From assembly GCA_020354945.1 (NCBI GenBank), contig CP070655.1:257465-272755 (forward strand): a stretch of DNA of 15,291 nucleotides, given 5' to 3'. Made by a program: the position numbers and the translations under genes. This stretch comes from Candidatus Omnitrophota bacterium (GTDB lineage Bacteria; Omnitrophota; Gorgyraeia; JABMRG01; JAFGKX01). Under the pieces are notes generated by a model. It saw nothing but the letters and a program-made list of their open reading frames with translations, was not told where the DNA came from and ran no database searches. Positions 15,287 to 15,291 of the stretch are shown piece by piece. Every line of letters starts with the position of its first letter. The stretch's first letter is position 1.

Positions 15287-15291
15287 CTCAT

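Overview
This is an AT-rich bacterial window with almost every gene on the + strand. Gene content suggests an anaerobe, probably Ca. Omnitrophota (inferred from the TIGR04073-like protein and the repeat types). It opens with two translationally coupled membrane-sensor-GAF-HD-GYP paralogs. The first is 5'-truncated by the window and catalytically intact; the second has K>R and D>N changes at conserved active-site positions. Next come a probable rearrangement scar (a histidine-kinase tail fused back-to-back to another gene's tail), a small coiled-coil ORF and an exosortase-associated TIGR04073-like secreted protein. A probable operon follows: fabG-acpP-fabF-acyl-CoA dehydrogenase-etfB-(UroD/MtaA-like)-etfA with a ferredoxin fusion. 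smc closes the window. The most unusual signals are: (i) FAS-II genes with no enoyl-ACP reductase in the window, linked to a bifurcating-type ACAD/EtfAB module; (ii) several families of miniature palindromic or heptamer elements in most junctions, which supply stop codons and in two cases lie in-frame inside proteins (SLPAGRQ, KKVVPGTTFKK); (iii) an intact plus degenerate HD-GYP pair. All family assignments come from motif recognition by eye; no database searches were run.
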